A program made the position numbers and the translations under genes. 64,000 bases of DNA, taken from a virus. The stretch covers positions 8,727 through 72,726 of the IMG/VR virus record IMGVR_UViG_3300041955_001937. The stretch is one strand, 5' to 3'. Every line of letters starts with the position of its first letter. The first letter of the stretch is position 1. Under the pieces are notes generated by a model, which saw nothing but the letters and a program-made list of their open reading frames with translations, was not told the DNA's origin and did no database searches. This document shows, piece by piece, positions 36,213 to 45,879 of the stretch.

Positions 36213-36380
36213 ATGTATATACGAATGCTTGTCGGGCGCTATGCCGGAGAAGTCCAGGACATCGAACCCGTCACGGCGCGCGAACTGTTGGTGTCCGGTC
36301 GCGGCGAAGATCCGGATGCGGTTAAGACGGGCGAACCGGCCGTCGTCACCGAACGGCTAAAGAACAAACCACGCAAATGA
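36213..36380 (+). CDS. Small head-associated hypothetical protein
   Basis: YAGEVQDIEPVTARELLVSGRGE. Confidence 0.55.
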   Translation: MYIRMLVGRYAGEVQDIEPVTARELLVSGRGEDPDAVKTGEPAVVTERLKNKPRK

Positions 36381-37234
36381 GTATTTCCCAAATCATCGGA
36401 CCGGCCGCAGAGCCGGTGGCTCTCGACGACGTGCTCCGTGATTTGGGATACGGCGATTCGGGCTCGCTCGATGCCAACACGCTCGAAGTTCTGTCGGGGC
36501 GACTGACTCCTCTGATTGTCGCGGCGCGCCGAAGCTGTGAATCCTACCAGCGTCGGGCTTACATTACCCAGACGCTGCTTCTCCAGCGGGATGGGTTTCC
36601 CGGATTCAGTGCGAGATACGAGCGTGGCGGAAACCCGCAGATTCTGATACCGAAGCCTCCGCTGCAGCTCATTCAAAGTTTTCAGTATGTGGACGTGGCC
36701 GGGATTGTCCAGAATCTGGCTCTCGATACCACCTACGGCACGAACCTGCTTACATATGGCTACCAGCTCGATTATGGCGGGGACGTGTTGCCCGCGCGTG
36801 TGCTTCCTCCCTTCGCCCGGCCGTGGCCTCCCAATCGACTCGTTCCGAATAGCGTGATGATCCAGTTCGTCTGCGGATACGGCGGACCTGTGACGCTGAG
36901 TATGACCGCGGCTTCGGCCGTAATCAGCGGAGCGACCTTCCTGCAGTCGGATATCGGACGCCTTCTTAGCGTTCCCGCAGCCGGTACGGCATCCGCGACC
37001 CTCAACACGAGCATTGCGGCCGTCGACGGTTCGGGACACGCGACCGCGGCCGACAATTGCGTAACCGCGGCTCCGGGAGCGGTTGCGTATCTTGGCAATC
37101 CCGTTCCGGGGGAAATCGTGATGGCCATCCGCTTCCTCGTCCAGTTCTATTACGAGCAGGGCGGATCCGTCGACGCGCCCGTGCCCCGCATCGTCCGGGA
37201 CATGCTGGGCGAAGTCAGGAATCTGACCTCGTGA
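36377..37234 (+). CDS. Head-tail connector (gp6-like) with internal insertion
   Basis: PAAEPVAL, AARRSCESYQRRAYITQT, VPGEIVMAIRFLVQFYYE. Confidence 0.8.
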   Translation: MSISQIIGPAAEPVALDDVLRDLGYGDSGSLDANTLEVLSGRLTPLIVAARRSCESYQRRAYITQTLLLQRDGFPGFSARYERGGNPQILIPKPPLQLIQSFQYVDVAGIVQNLALDTTYGTNLLTYGYQLDYGGDVLPARVLPPFARPWPPNRLVPNSVMIQFVCGYGGPVTLSMTAASAVISGATFLQSDIGRLLSVPAAGTASATLNTSIAAVDGSGHATAADNCVTAAPGAVAYLGNPVPGEIVMAIRFLVQFYYEQGGSVDAPVPRIVRDMLGEVRNLTS

Positions 37235-37593
37235 CAAATACGCAACTGGGGCGCCGGCGTTCGGTCAACATTCAGATCCAGAGCCAGACTTCCACGCCGG
37301 ACTCGTTCAACCAACCCCTGCTGGCATGGGCCCCTGTCTGCGTTCTCCAGGGCCGGATACGCTCTGTGCAGCAGAGCGAGACATTTCAATCGGGCCAACT
37401 GTCTTCGCAGATAACCCACGTGATCGAAGCCTGGTGGACGGCGATCAGCATAGCCGCCGGCATGCGGGCCGTATTTGGATCGCGTACATTCCTTATCCAG
37501 TCCGTCGAAAACGTGGAGCAACGGAACCGGGAAATCCTGATGCTGTGTCTCGAACTTAATCCTTCGTCCCTGTCGACGCCGCTGCTGTCCTGA
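37231..37593 (+). CDS. Head closure protein (SPP1 gp16-like)
   Basis: IQIQ...DSFNQP...MRAVFGSRTFLIQSV. Confidence 0.8.
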   Translation: MTNTQLGRRRSVNIQIQSQTSTPDSFNQPLLAWAPVCVLQGRIRSVQQSETFQSGQLSSQITHVIEAWWTAISIAAGMRAVFGSRTFLIQSVENVEQRNREILMLCLELNPSSLSTPLLS

Positions 37594-38243
37594 TGAACAC
37601 GATGAACGACAAACCCTTCATCACCGTCATCTGCCCGACCACGCCGAGCCGCGGCGAATGGCTTCCGCGGGCGATCGACTGTTTTCTGTCGCAGGACTAC
37701 GAGGGCGGCGCGGAGCTGATAATCGTCGCGGATTCCGATCCCGAGACCGTGTCGCTCCATTGCGAACCATGCCACCCGATGCGGGATGGATCGAAGATGT
37801 CAGTAATTGCGTGCGCGGGATCGATCGGGGCGAAGCGAAACGCCGGTTGCGCGGCGGCGAACGGTGAACTCATTCTCCACCTCGACGATGACGATCACTC
37901 TTCGTCCGGCCGTCTGTCCGATCAGGCCCGGTGCCTCCTCGATACCGGGAAGTCGGTCACCGGCTATCATTCGATGCGGTTCACGGACGGCTCGCGCTGG
38001 TGGAAGAACAGCAATCCGCCCCGTTGGGCATTCGATACATCGCTCTGCTACAAAAAGGCCTTCTGGCAGGCGCATCGGTTCGACGAGATCAATGACGGTC
38101 TCGAAGCAAATTTCCGCGCGGCGGCAATCAGGGAAAAGCAATTCATTTCCGTCGACGCCGGCGAAATGATGTATGCCACGATCCACCCGGGCAACACCAG
38201 CAAACGGAATGTGGTGATCGGCGCCGGCTGGCAGGCGGCTTAA
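37593..38243 (+). CDS. Glycosyltransferase family 2 (GT-A)
   Basis: ITVICPT, SQDY, IGAKRNAG, HLDDDD. Confidence 0.85.
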   Translation: MNTMNDKPFITVICPTTPSRGEWLPRAIDCFLSQDYEGGAELIIVADSDPETVSLHCEPCHPMRDGSKMSVIACAGSIGAKRNAGCAAANGELILHLDDDDHSSSGRLSDQARCLLDTGKSVTGYHSMRFTDGSRWWKNSNPPRWAFDTSLCYKKAFWQAHRFDEINDGLEANFRAAAIREKQFISVDAGEMMYATIHPGNTSKRNVVIGAGWQAA

Positions 38244-38403
38244 AGCTTCGGGTGGACGTTGCCCCAATCGTTGCCCATAAGGTCAACGTCGAAGCCCTCG
38301 GTCAGTAGTCTTCTCAGCGCCTCACCGGACCATTGGGCAGTGACATAGCCGCGTCGTTTCATGCGGCAAACGTGACCGTAGCTCCATTTTTCCGATTATC
38401 TCA

Positions 38404-38808
38404 ATGCTCGAACAAGGACTCGTCGTGCTGCTCCTCGCCAACACCCGCGTTTCCGCGCTGGTCGGCGCGCGCATTTATCCGGTGCAGGGGCCACCGGCCA
38501 ATCCGGTTTACCCGTACATCACATACCAGGACATCCCGGCGGAATCGACCGACTACACCTTCGATCCCGGCGTGGTCATGGATACCCGGCGCATCCAGTT
38601 CACCTACTGGGGACTGATGGCCTGCGACGGCGCCAACATCATGATCGCCCAGCGCAATGCGCTCTCGGGCTTCACCGGCACGCTGGCCGATGCCGACGCC
38701 ACGCGCGTGATCTTCGCCAAACATGGGACCTTCCTCAACAACTTCGACGTGGATTCCCGGAGCTACCGCAGTGTCGACGAATACGAATTCCAAATCTCAG
38801 AACCATAA
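38404..38808 (+). CDS. Tail terminator (DUF3168-like)
   Basis: LVGARIYP...YPYITYQ. Confidence 0.8.
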   Translation: MLEQGLVVLLLANTRVSALVGARIYPVQGPPANPVYPYITYQDIPAESTDYTFDPGVVMDTRRIQFTYWGLMACDGANIMIAQRNALSGFTGTLADADATRVIFAKHGTFLNNFDVDSRSYRSVDEYEFQISEP

Positions 38809-38820
38809 AGGACAAACATC

Positions 38821-39276
38821 ATGGCAACGAAAAGCGGTGTAGGCCTCGGCCTTAAATTCAACATCAACACCGGGACGGCATCTGCGCCGACCTGGCTTCT
38901 GGTCGGCGAAGGTCTCACCAGCGACCCCGCGCCCAAAATGGAAACTGAAGACGCTACCAGCTTCGACTCCCTTGGACGCGAATTCATCGCCACCATCCCG
39001 GATGGCGGGGACTTGAAGTTCTCCTGCAACCGCGTAACCACGGACCTCGGCCAGGCGGCCATGGTGGCGCACGGTCCGATGGGCGCTTCAGCCGGAGTAC
39101 TGATGCCGTTTGAGATCGTCGCCCCGCTCGCCACTGGACAAACAACGACAGGCGACACATGGTCCTTCATGGGCATCGTGACCGAATTCAATCCGTCCTT
39201 CAAGCCGGATAAGAAGACCACGATCACGGGGAATGTGCGCACTTCGAATGGCATGACATTCGCGGAAGGCAGCTAA
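38821..39276 (+). CDS. Tail tube protein
   Basis: EDATSFDS..REFI...DGGD; position. Confidence 0.8.
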   Translation: MATKSGVGLGLKFNINTGTASAPTWLLVGEGLTSDPAPKMETEDATSFDSLGREFIATIPDGGDLKFSCNRVTTDLGQAAMVAHGPMGASAGVLMPFEIVAPLATGQTTTGDTWSFMGIVTEFNPSFKPDKKTTITGNVRTSNGMTFAEGS

Positions 39277-39281
39277 ACCCT

Positions 39282-39701
39282 ATGCGTAAGTCAGCGGCTA
39301 AGTCCACTAAATCCAAGACTCCTCCTCCTGCTGCTACTCCGGCGGCGGATCGCGTGAAGGGTTGGGCATCGCTTACAATCGCCGGCGAGACTTACCGGCT
39401 GATTTACAGCTTCAACGCGATCGCCGAGGCGGAGACGGAGGCTGGCTGCAACCTCCTTCACGGGATCTCGGCCGCGCTGCTCAACACCATGAGCGCGGCG
39501 CAGATGCGCGGACTGTTCTATGCGGCGCTGAAGCCGTTCCAGCCAGCCATGACCCTCGCCGTAGCGGGCGCGATGATCAGGATCGACACGTTGCCGGATA
39601 TCTTCGAGGCCATCTCCGAGGCTTATAAGCTGGCGATGGAGAAGCCCAAAAACCCTCCCGTGGCCGCTCCGGTTCCCGTTCCGGCGCCGGTCGCAGCTTA
39701 A
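39282..39701 (+). CDS. Tail assembly chaperone (gpG-like)
   Basis: GETYRLIYSFNAIAEAE; position before TMP. Confidence 0.75.
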   Translation: MRKSAAKSTKSKTPPPAATPAADRVKGWASLTIAGETYRLIYSFNAIAEAETEAGCNLLHGISAALLNTMSAAQMRGLFYAALKPFQPAMTLAVAGAMIRIDTLPDIFEAISEAYKLAMEKPKNPPVAAPVPVPAPVAA

Positions 39702-40027
39702 CCGGTAAGGAGCTGTGGGAGAACTGCTGGTCTTCGGCCCGGTTCCATCTCAAGCTCAGCGATCGACAGTTCGGCGAATTGACGCCACGTCAGTTTTATC
39801 TGCTGCTCGATCGCCACACAGAAGAAGTGGAACACGGGAAGATGCTCGCTGGCACCGTCGCGGCGACCGTGGCTAATTTCGGGTACAGGCGTCCGAAGAA
39901 GGCGCTGCGCCCGATGGATTTCTTCGCCGGCGCGCCGGCCGAACGGGTCAATCGAAAACAGCAAATGGCGGATACGCGGGCCGTCCTGATGTCGATGACC
40001 ACCAAAACAATCAAACGAAATGTCTGA
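39653..40027 (+). CDS. gpT-like extension read in the -1 frame
   Basis: -1 frame open from CCCAAAAAC to stop at 40027; FGELTPRQF motif. Confidence 0.65.
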   Translation, partial: PSRGRSGSRSGAGRSLTGKELWENCWSSARFHLKLSDRQFGELTPRQFYLLLDRHTEEVEHGKMLAGTVAATVANFGYRRPKKALRPMDFFAGAPAERVNRKQQMADTRAVLMSMTTKTIKRNV

Positions 40028-40478
40028 CGGAGGAATCACAGTTCGCGGCATTCCGGAAGTGCAGGGGTTCCTGAGGGCCTTTCCGAATGTGCTGGTCATG
40101 GGGTGTTTCGCGAAGGCGCTCAGCCGCGCCGGCGGCGTCTTCGAGGCGGAGCTGCGCGCCAACATGCCGGAGACGGATTACAGCACATCGAGCGAGGAAT
40201 ACGGTCACCTGTTCGACAATCTCCTGTCCGAAGTGATTATCGACACCAAAGGACAGGGCGGCAAAGTAAAGGTCGGTTTCGGACGAAAGGGAATGATCGC
40301 AATGTGGGTCGAATTCGGACATCGCATGTTGAGCCACGACAAGAAGCCAACCAAACTGGACCGAGTCAAGGCCAATCCGTTCATGCGGCGGGCTTTCGCG
40401 GCCGCGGCGGATGCAGCGGTGGACGCGTTCATTGAGACAGTGCGGGAATTCATGCAGAGCGGAGTGAAAGCAGCTTAG
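40020..40478 (+). CDS. HK97 gp10-like protein
   Basis: WVEFGH...ANPFMRRAF. Confidence 0.8.
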   Translation: MSDGGITVRGIPEVQGFLRAFPNVLVMGCFAKALSRAGGVFEAELRANMPETDYSTSSEEYGHLFDNLLSEVIIDTKGQGGKVKVGFGRKGMIAMWVEFGHRMLSHDKKPTKLDRVKANPFMRRAFAAAADAAVDAFIETVREFMQSGVKAA

Positions 40479-40481
40479 ACC

Positions 40482-42869
40482 ATGGGCGTAAAAGCGGGCG
40501 TAATCTCGATCGATGTCGATGCCGGAACGGCGAAGTTCCTGGTCGACATGGATGCGGCAAACGTCAAACTCCAGAATTTCGGTAAAGGGGCGAAGGAATC
40601 TGGCATCCACGTCGTCACGTCCATGCAGGCATCGAGCGCGGCGATCCGCGAGCTGTCGGGCGGCTCGAACGTCCGCGCCATCGAGAAGTTGATCTCTCTA
40701 TTCCCCACACTGTCGAAGGCCGTGCTGGCGGCGTTCCCGGCGATCGCCGGCATCGCGTTGGGCGTGATGCTGGTGGATCTCGGCAAGAAGGCCTACGAGT
40801 TTTTCAAGAAGATGGAGGAAGCTCCGCAACGCATGGCGGAGGCCTTTCGCGGCCTCAGTGCGCCGCTGAAACTTACCAACGACGAGCTGGCGCTGGCAAA
40901 TGCCCGCCTCGCCAACGACATCGCCAAACTGGAAGGCAAGCCGCAGAACGGTTTGGCCGTCGCGCTGGATGAAACCCGTGTGTTCGCCGACAAACTGGCC
41001 GATTCTCTGGATAAGGACCTCGACCGCATTCACAAGGTCATGGCCGAGAACAAAGCTCACTGGTGGCAGTTGCAAACGCCAGGCACGAGCGCGGCGGATA
41101 AACGCGACCAGGAACTCAGAAACCAGGTTGCCCAGGACGCCGGCGCCCCGGCCACGCAATCGCAGGATTTCGACTGGTACAAGAAAAAGGCGGAGAATGA
41201 ACTGTTGGACGCGATGACCGAGAAATCACGGATTCACAATTCTCCGGGCATCACGCAACCGGACAGCAGCGGCCAGGACAGCAGCATTGCGCGCCTGAAG
41301 GCTTACATCGCCGACTATCAGGGCGAAATGGACAGGATCGCTGGCGAACTGAAGCAGGCGGCGCAAACAGGCACGAAAGACGTTCTGCAGATCAACAAGG
41401 AAGCGCAGCACCAGGCTACCGAGCTGCTGCGCAAGTCGGACGAGGATAACCTTGCCCTGCAGCAGGCGGACCATCAGATGTCCGTCGCCGACCTGATCCA
41501 GTACTGGGGCGAGAGACTTCGCGCGGAGAAGGACAACGCCGACCGCGTGCGCGCAATCCACATCACCATGGGGCATCTGTTCCAGGAACAGGACAAGATC
41601 GTCGAGGCCAGCTTCAAACACGACGTTGAAGTGCAGGCCGCGAAGGCGAAGAAGCTCGACGAGTGGAAAGCCAAGATGGAGGCCACCATCCAGGAGCTGG
41701 ACGAACTCGACAGGAAGGTAATCACCGAACCGGCCGAGGCTCACGCCGCCGCCCAGACGAAGATCGCGGAAGTCACCGCCAAGGGATCGGGACAATCGGA
41801 CGATCTCCGGATCGAAGGTCAGAAGCTCGCCATCGAAAGAGCTTACGGGCTCGAGGCACGACACACGGCGGCGGAACAGATCTCCTACCTGCGCCAGATC
41901 GCCGCCCTGGACGAACGGGCGCGCCAGGCGAAGATCGCCGGGCTGGTCGCCGATCAGCAGATCGCAGCCGCCGAACAGGCGCAGTTCTTATCGGTGGGGG
42001 AAAAGGCCAAGGCCGACGAAGACGGGCTGAAGATCGCCAATCTACAGGTGGAGATCGACGTTCAGCGCGCCAAAGCGGCGAACGACCTCTATCTCTCGAA
42101 CACGAAGATTCTGGACGTGCTTCGCCAGCAGGGCATGGCGGGCTATTTCTGGAAGATGAATGCCGAGGCCAAGACGGCAACGCAGATCGCGCAGGACGGC
42201 ATCACTTCGGCCGTCGACAAGTTCAGCGACGATCTGGCGAAAATGATGTCCGATCCGAAGCACGCGCATCCCGCCAAAATGCTGGGCGACACGCTGAAGG
42301 GCCTCGGGCAGGAAGAAATGAAGGAGAGCATTAAAGCGGGCCTGCAGCGCAGTCTCGGGACGCTCTTCGGAAAAGCGCAGGTTCACAAGCCCACCGGCAA
42401 CCCGGGCGATCCGGTGCACGTCGTCGACGATACACAGCGAGGCACGGCTGGACCGGCGGGAGTAAAACCTTTGAACGGCAGCGGCGGAAACAGTCCGCTT
42501 CCCGGTTACGGAAAAGTGTTTGGCGGCGCGTCCGGAGTTCCCGGCGTCTTCAACCTGCTGGGCAGCGGCGGCGGCATGCCGTTCGGCGGAGCGCTGGCCG
42601 GCGGCGGCGATGTGGATCCCGGTACCGCCTACATCGTGGGCGATGGGGGCGAATCCGAAGTGTTCACTCCCGGTACTTCGGGGCGGGTTACGCCGATGAG
42701 CCAGATGGGCGGCGGAGATGTCCACTATCACATCGACGCGCGCGGCTCGACCGATCCCACTTTGACGGCCGTCAATGTGAAACGCGCTATTCTCGCGGCC
42801 CATGCCGATGCGGTAACGACCGGCGTGCTGCTCAATCAGGAGCAACAGAAGCGCAGCGTGCAGGGCTGA
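40482..42869 (+). CDS. Tape measure protein
   Basis: Long helical protein; C-terminal AGGGDV..GTAYIVGDGGESEVFTP. Confidence 0.85.
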   Translation: MGVKAGVISIDVDAGTAKFLVDMDAANVKLQNFGKGAKESGIHVVTSMQASSAAIRELSGGSNVRAIEKLISLFPTLSKAVLAAFPAIAGIALGVMLVDLGKKAYEFFKKMEEAPQRMAEAFRGLSAPLKLTNDELALANARLANDIAKLEGKPQNGLAVALDETRVFADKLADSLDKDLDRIHKVMAENKAHWWQLQTPGTSAADKRDQELRNQVAQDAGAPATQSQDFDWYKKKAENELLDAMTEKSRIHNSPGITQPDSSGQDSSIARLKAYIADYQGEMDRIAGELKQAAQTGTKDVLQINKEAQHQATELLRKSDEDNLALQQADHQMSVADLIQYWGERLRAEKDNADRVRAIHITMGHLFQEQDKIVEASFKHDVEVQAAKAKKLDEWKAKMEATIQELDELDRKVITEPAEAHAAAQTKIAEVTAKGSGQSDDLRIEGQKLAIERAYGLEARHTAAEQISYLRQIAALDERARQAKIAGLVADQQIAAAEQAQFLSVGEKAKADEDGLKIANLQVEIDVQRAKAANDLYLSNTKILDVLRQQGMAGYFWKMNAEAKTATQIAQDGITSAVDKFSDDLAKMMSDPKHAHPAKMLGDTLKGLGQEEMKESIKAGLQRSLGTLFGKAQVHKPTGNPGDPVHVVDDTQRGTAGPAGVKPLNGSGGNSPLPGYGKVFGGASGVPGVFNLLGSGGGMPFGGALAGGGDVDPGTAYIVGDGGESEVFTPGTSGRVTPMSQMGGGDVHYHIDARGSTDPTLTAVNVKRAILAAHADAVTTGVLLNQEQQKRSVQG

Positions 42870-42894
42870 TCATGACCGAACGGACCCTATAAGA

Positions 42895-43902
42895 ATGAAC
42901 ATCATCCTGGCATACAAAAACTTCGCCGCGAACAAGAACATATCCCACATTGGGCTGGGCGTGGCCGCTTTGAATACGGCGAAATCGCTGATCGCGGCCG
43001 GGATACCCGCTCTGGTGGTGCCGATTACAAACGCTGCGGATTTACGCGCGCGACTCACTGCGGCGCCGGCCACCACGCATGTCATCATCAGCGCGCCCTG
43101 GATTCCCACGATGCAGATGCAGGCGCTTGTGAACGATTTCCCGCACGTCGATTTCACGATGGTCTGTCACTCGAACGTCGGCTTCCTGCAGGCGGACGCC
43201 AGCGGTGTCGCGCTGTTGAGGCAGGCGATGGAGATCGAGCAGTCCGTTCACAACTTTCACGTCGGAGGCAACAGCCGGCGTTTCTGCGACTGGCTCGGGA
43301 GCGCTTACGCGGTGCCATGCGCCTTCCTGCCGAATCTGTATTTTCTCGACGGAACGACCAATTCCCACCGGCCTCTCTGGACGGGAGGCACACTGCGGAT
43401 CGGCGCGTTCGGCGCCACGCGGCCGCTGAAGAATTTCATGACGGCGGCGGGAGCTGCTATCGATATCGCGCGGCAGTTGCGCGGAGATCTCGAGTTGTGG
43501 ATATCGACTACTAGAACGGAAGGCGGCGGCGAGACGATCCTGAACGCGGTGAGGGCCATGATCGCGAATGTCCCGCACGCAAAGCTGGTGGAAAACGGCT
43601 GGCAGACGTGGCCGCAGTTTCGCGCCACGGTCGGGCACATGCATCTGACGCTGCAGCCGAGTTACACGGAAAGCTTCAACATGGTGGCGGCGGATTCGGT
43701 GGCGCAGGGAATTTGCTGTGTGACGTCGGACGCCATCACCTGGGTACCGGAGCACTGGCAGGCGGATTCGGACGACACCCTGGCGGTATCGCGGATCGGG
43801 CAGGCGCTGTTGCGCAGTCATACCGCCGCGGCCGAGGGCCTCGCCGCGCTGGCCGCATACAACAAGGCGGGAATGGCGGTGTACCGGGCTTTCCTCGGGT
43901 AA
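42895..43902 (+). CDS. Glycosyltransferase-like protein (GT-B / GT4)
   Basis: FGATRPLKN, QPSYTESFNMVAAD. Confidence 0.7.
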   Translation: MNIILAYKNFAANKNISHIGLGVAALNTAKSLIAAGIPALVVPITNAADLRARLTAAPATTHVIISAPWIPTMQMQALVNDFPHVDFTMVCHSNVGFLQADASGVALLRQAMEIEQSVHNFHVGGNSRRFCDWLGSAYAVPCAFLPNLYFLDGTTNSHRPLWTGGTLRIGAFGATRPLKNFMTAAGAAIDIARQLRGDLELWISTTRTEGGGETILNAVRAMIANVPHAKLVENGWQTWPQFRATVGHMHLTLQPSYTESFNMVAADSVAQGICCVTSDAITWVPEHWQADSDDTLAVSRIGQALLRSHTAAAEGLAALAAYNKAGMAVYRAFLG

Positions 43903-43903
43903 A

Positions 43904-44521
43904 ATGGCCACCTTCAACGGCTACACCATCGTGCCCGTGCCTTCCGTTCCGGGAGCGCGCTCGATCGAGTTCACCGCTACCGACGCGGTGGGTGCCGTCG
44001 TTTCTCCATTCACCGGTCAGCAGCAGATTCAGAGCTGGCAGGCGGCATGGCTCGGCGCAACGGTGTCGATGCCCCCGATGAAGGATTCGCTGGCGCGCGC
44101 CTGGGTTGCGTTCCTCCTGTCGTGCAATGGCGTCCAGAACATCTTTCAGCTTGGCGATCCGATGCGCAAATCGCCGCTCGGCTCCGGCGCGGGCGCACCC
44201 AAGGTGAACGGGGCGAATCAGACCGGTTTCACACTATCGACGAAGGGATGGACCGCAAGCGCCGCGGGCGTGCTGCTGCCGGGCGATTGCCTGCAGATTG
44301 GATACCGGCTGTACACGAATGTCTATCCGGTGAATGCGGACGGCTCCGGGGATGCCATCATTACGATCTGGCCGAACCTGCGGGAATCTCCGGCCGACGC
44401 CACGTCGATCGTGCTGGCCAATACGACGGGCATCTGGCGTCTGGCCGACAATGCGCGCCACTGGTCGATCAGCGCGATGAGGACTTACGGCGTGCAGTTC
44501 AAGATTCGCGAGGCTATTTAG
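43904..44521 (+). CDS. Distal tail (Dit-like) protein
   Basis: SPFTGQQQ...VNGANQTG...IWPNLR; position after TMP. Confidence 0.7.
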   Translation: MATFNGYTIVPVPSVPGARSIEFTATDAVGAVVSPFTGQQQIQSWQAAWLGATVSMPPMKDSLARAWVAFLLSCNGVQNIFQLGDPMRKSPLGSGAGAPKVNGANQTGFTLSTKGWTASAAGVLLPGDCLQIGYRLYTNVYPVNADGSGDAIITIWPNLRESPADATSIVLANTTGIWRLADNARHWSISAMRTYGVQFKIREAI

Positions 44522-44526
44522 CTATT

Positions 44527-45069
44527 TTAGGGCTCAACAGGGTCGCCGGCGAGCGCATGATACCTCTCCATCATCTCGGCAAAGACCGCAAGCTGCTCAG
44601 ACGAGAGCTTCACTTTCGATTCTTCGCCTGGGGCACCGGTAACCATCCAGACTTCGTGGGCGGCTGCTATTCGCTCGATGAGCAACCCTTGATTTCGGAT
44701 GGCCGTCTTGGCGATCAACCCCGTTCCGCCGAACATGATCGCCGGCGTAACCCATGACACGCCGGAAAGGTCCGTGCGTTCGCCATCGACGGCAAACGAA
44801 ACAGCGGAATCGTAGTGGCTGAGGCCATCGACTTCGATATTCAGGGTAAGGCCCTTGGTGCTTAAGCCGAAGTCCTGATACGCGGCGGGAAAACATCGCC
44901 ACGCCGTGCGGATGATGCCGCGCCGGATCATCTTCACCGGCGGTTTTTGCGGAACTATCCACGTAATCTTCAGCGGCTCGTCGCGCGTCGTCTTGATGCG
45001 GGTGTCTTTAGCGACGCCCAAACCAGGCAGCAGCAGAATAACGGCCAGCAGCCGCCCTATCGGTTTCAT
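44527..45069 (-). CDS. Secreted protein (moron)
   Basis: Signal peptide MKPIGRLLAVILLLPGLGVA; antisense to tail operon. Confidence 0.65.
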   Translation of the reverse strand: MKPIGRLLAVILLLPGLGVAKDTRIKTTRDEPLKITWIVPQKPPVKMIRRGIIRTAWRCFPAAYQDFGLSTKGLTLNIEVDGLSHYDSAVSFAVDGERTDLSGVSWVTPAIMFGGTGLIAKTAIRNQGLLIERIAAAHEVWMVTGAPGEESKVKLSSEQLAVFAEMMERYHALAGDPVEP

Positions 45070-45074
45070 AGCGC

Positions 45075-45392
45075 TTACTGGCTGGCAATCATGACGCGAC
45101 GCCCGTCCCGATCGATTGCGTCGTCAGTCAAGGCCGCGATTTCCGCGACGTGTGTTTCGTGCGGGCGCAGATGATGTTCGATCAGGTGCAGCCGCGCGAT
45201 TAAGGCGGCGAATCCAAACGGGACAAGCGAAAAGAGCATCGCACCGATGCCTTCTGCGATCCCCTGCCAGGCGTCGCTGGCGCTGCTGTTCGCGGCGATA
45301 AGCAGCGTCAAAAGCCCGATTCCAAAAAGCACCCAGCCGAAAATGTTGAACGCCGTCGCAACGCCCGGTGTTGCTGGTTCCGTTGTTGTCAT
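45075..45392 (-). CDS. Two-TM membrane protein (moron)
   Basis: Two hydrophobic helices. Confidence 0.6.
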   Translation of the reverse strand: MTTTEPATPGVATAFNIFGWVLFGIGLLTLLIAANSSASDAWQGIAEGIGAMLFSLVPFGFAALIARLHLIEHHLRPHETHVAEIAALTDDAIDRDGRRVMIASQ

Positions 45393-45462
45393 CGCGCCCA
45401 CAAGAGTAGGGCGTGGGCCGTTTTTGCGCAATCGCTCTCGACCGCCCGAAGGAGTATCTCTC

Positions 45463-45702
45463 ATGAACGTCCGGTTTAACAATCTGATCTGCGAGTGCAA
45501 TCGCGGCGTGGTTTTCGTCGGCCCGAAGAACGCATCGCAGCGTCAGTTTATGTGCGTGAATTCGGCCTGCGCTCACGCCAACGTCCGCATGCTGGAGCCG
45601 ATCTTTCTCGCCGTGCCCCTGGCCGCGCCCATGACTCCGCCGACCCTGACCGGACCGAAGCAATTGACGTCGGTCAAGCCCGCGCCCGTCAGTTCGAAAT
45701 AA
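45463..45702 (+). CDS. Small Cys-containing hypothetical protein
   Basis: AAGGAG RBS; CEC...CVNSAC. Confidence 0.55.
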   Translation: MNVRFNNLICECNRGVVFVGPKNASQRQFMCVNSACAHANVRMLEPIFLAVPLAAPMTPPTLTGPKQLTSVKPAPVSSK

Positions 45703-45865
45703 CGAACGCCTCGAAGCCGATCCCGGCGCGGAACTCCAGACTTTTAACCTTGGCGGCAGACGCTTCCTCGGGATCGTCGAAGCGGAAATCGCCGAGGAAA
45801 ACCTTCATGTCGCCACGCGCGGCGAAGGCCTCCGTCGCGACCGCTATCAGTTCGGACAACTTCAT
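45689..45865 (-). CDS. 58-aa hypothetical protein (not in ORF track)
   Basis: GGAGAG RBS; MKLSELIAVATEAFAARGDMKVF. Confidence 0.45.
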   Translation of the reverse strand: MKLSELIAVATEAFAARGDMKVFLGDFRFDDPEEASAAKVKSLEFRAGIGFEAFVISN

Positions 45866-45879
45866 TCACTCTCCAACTT

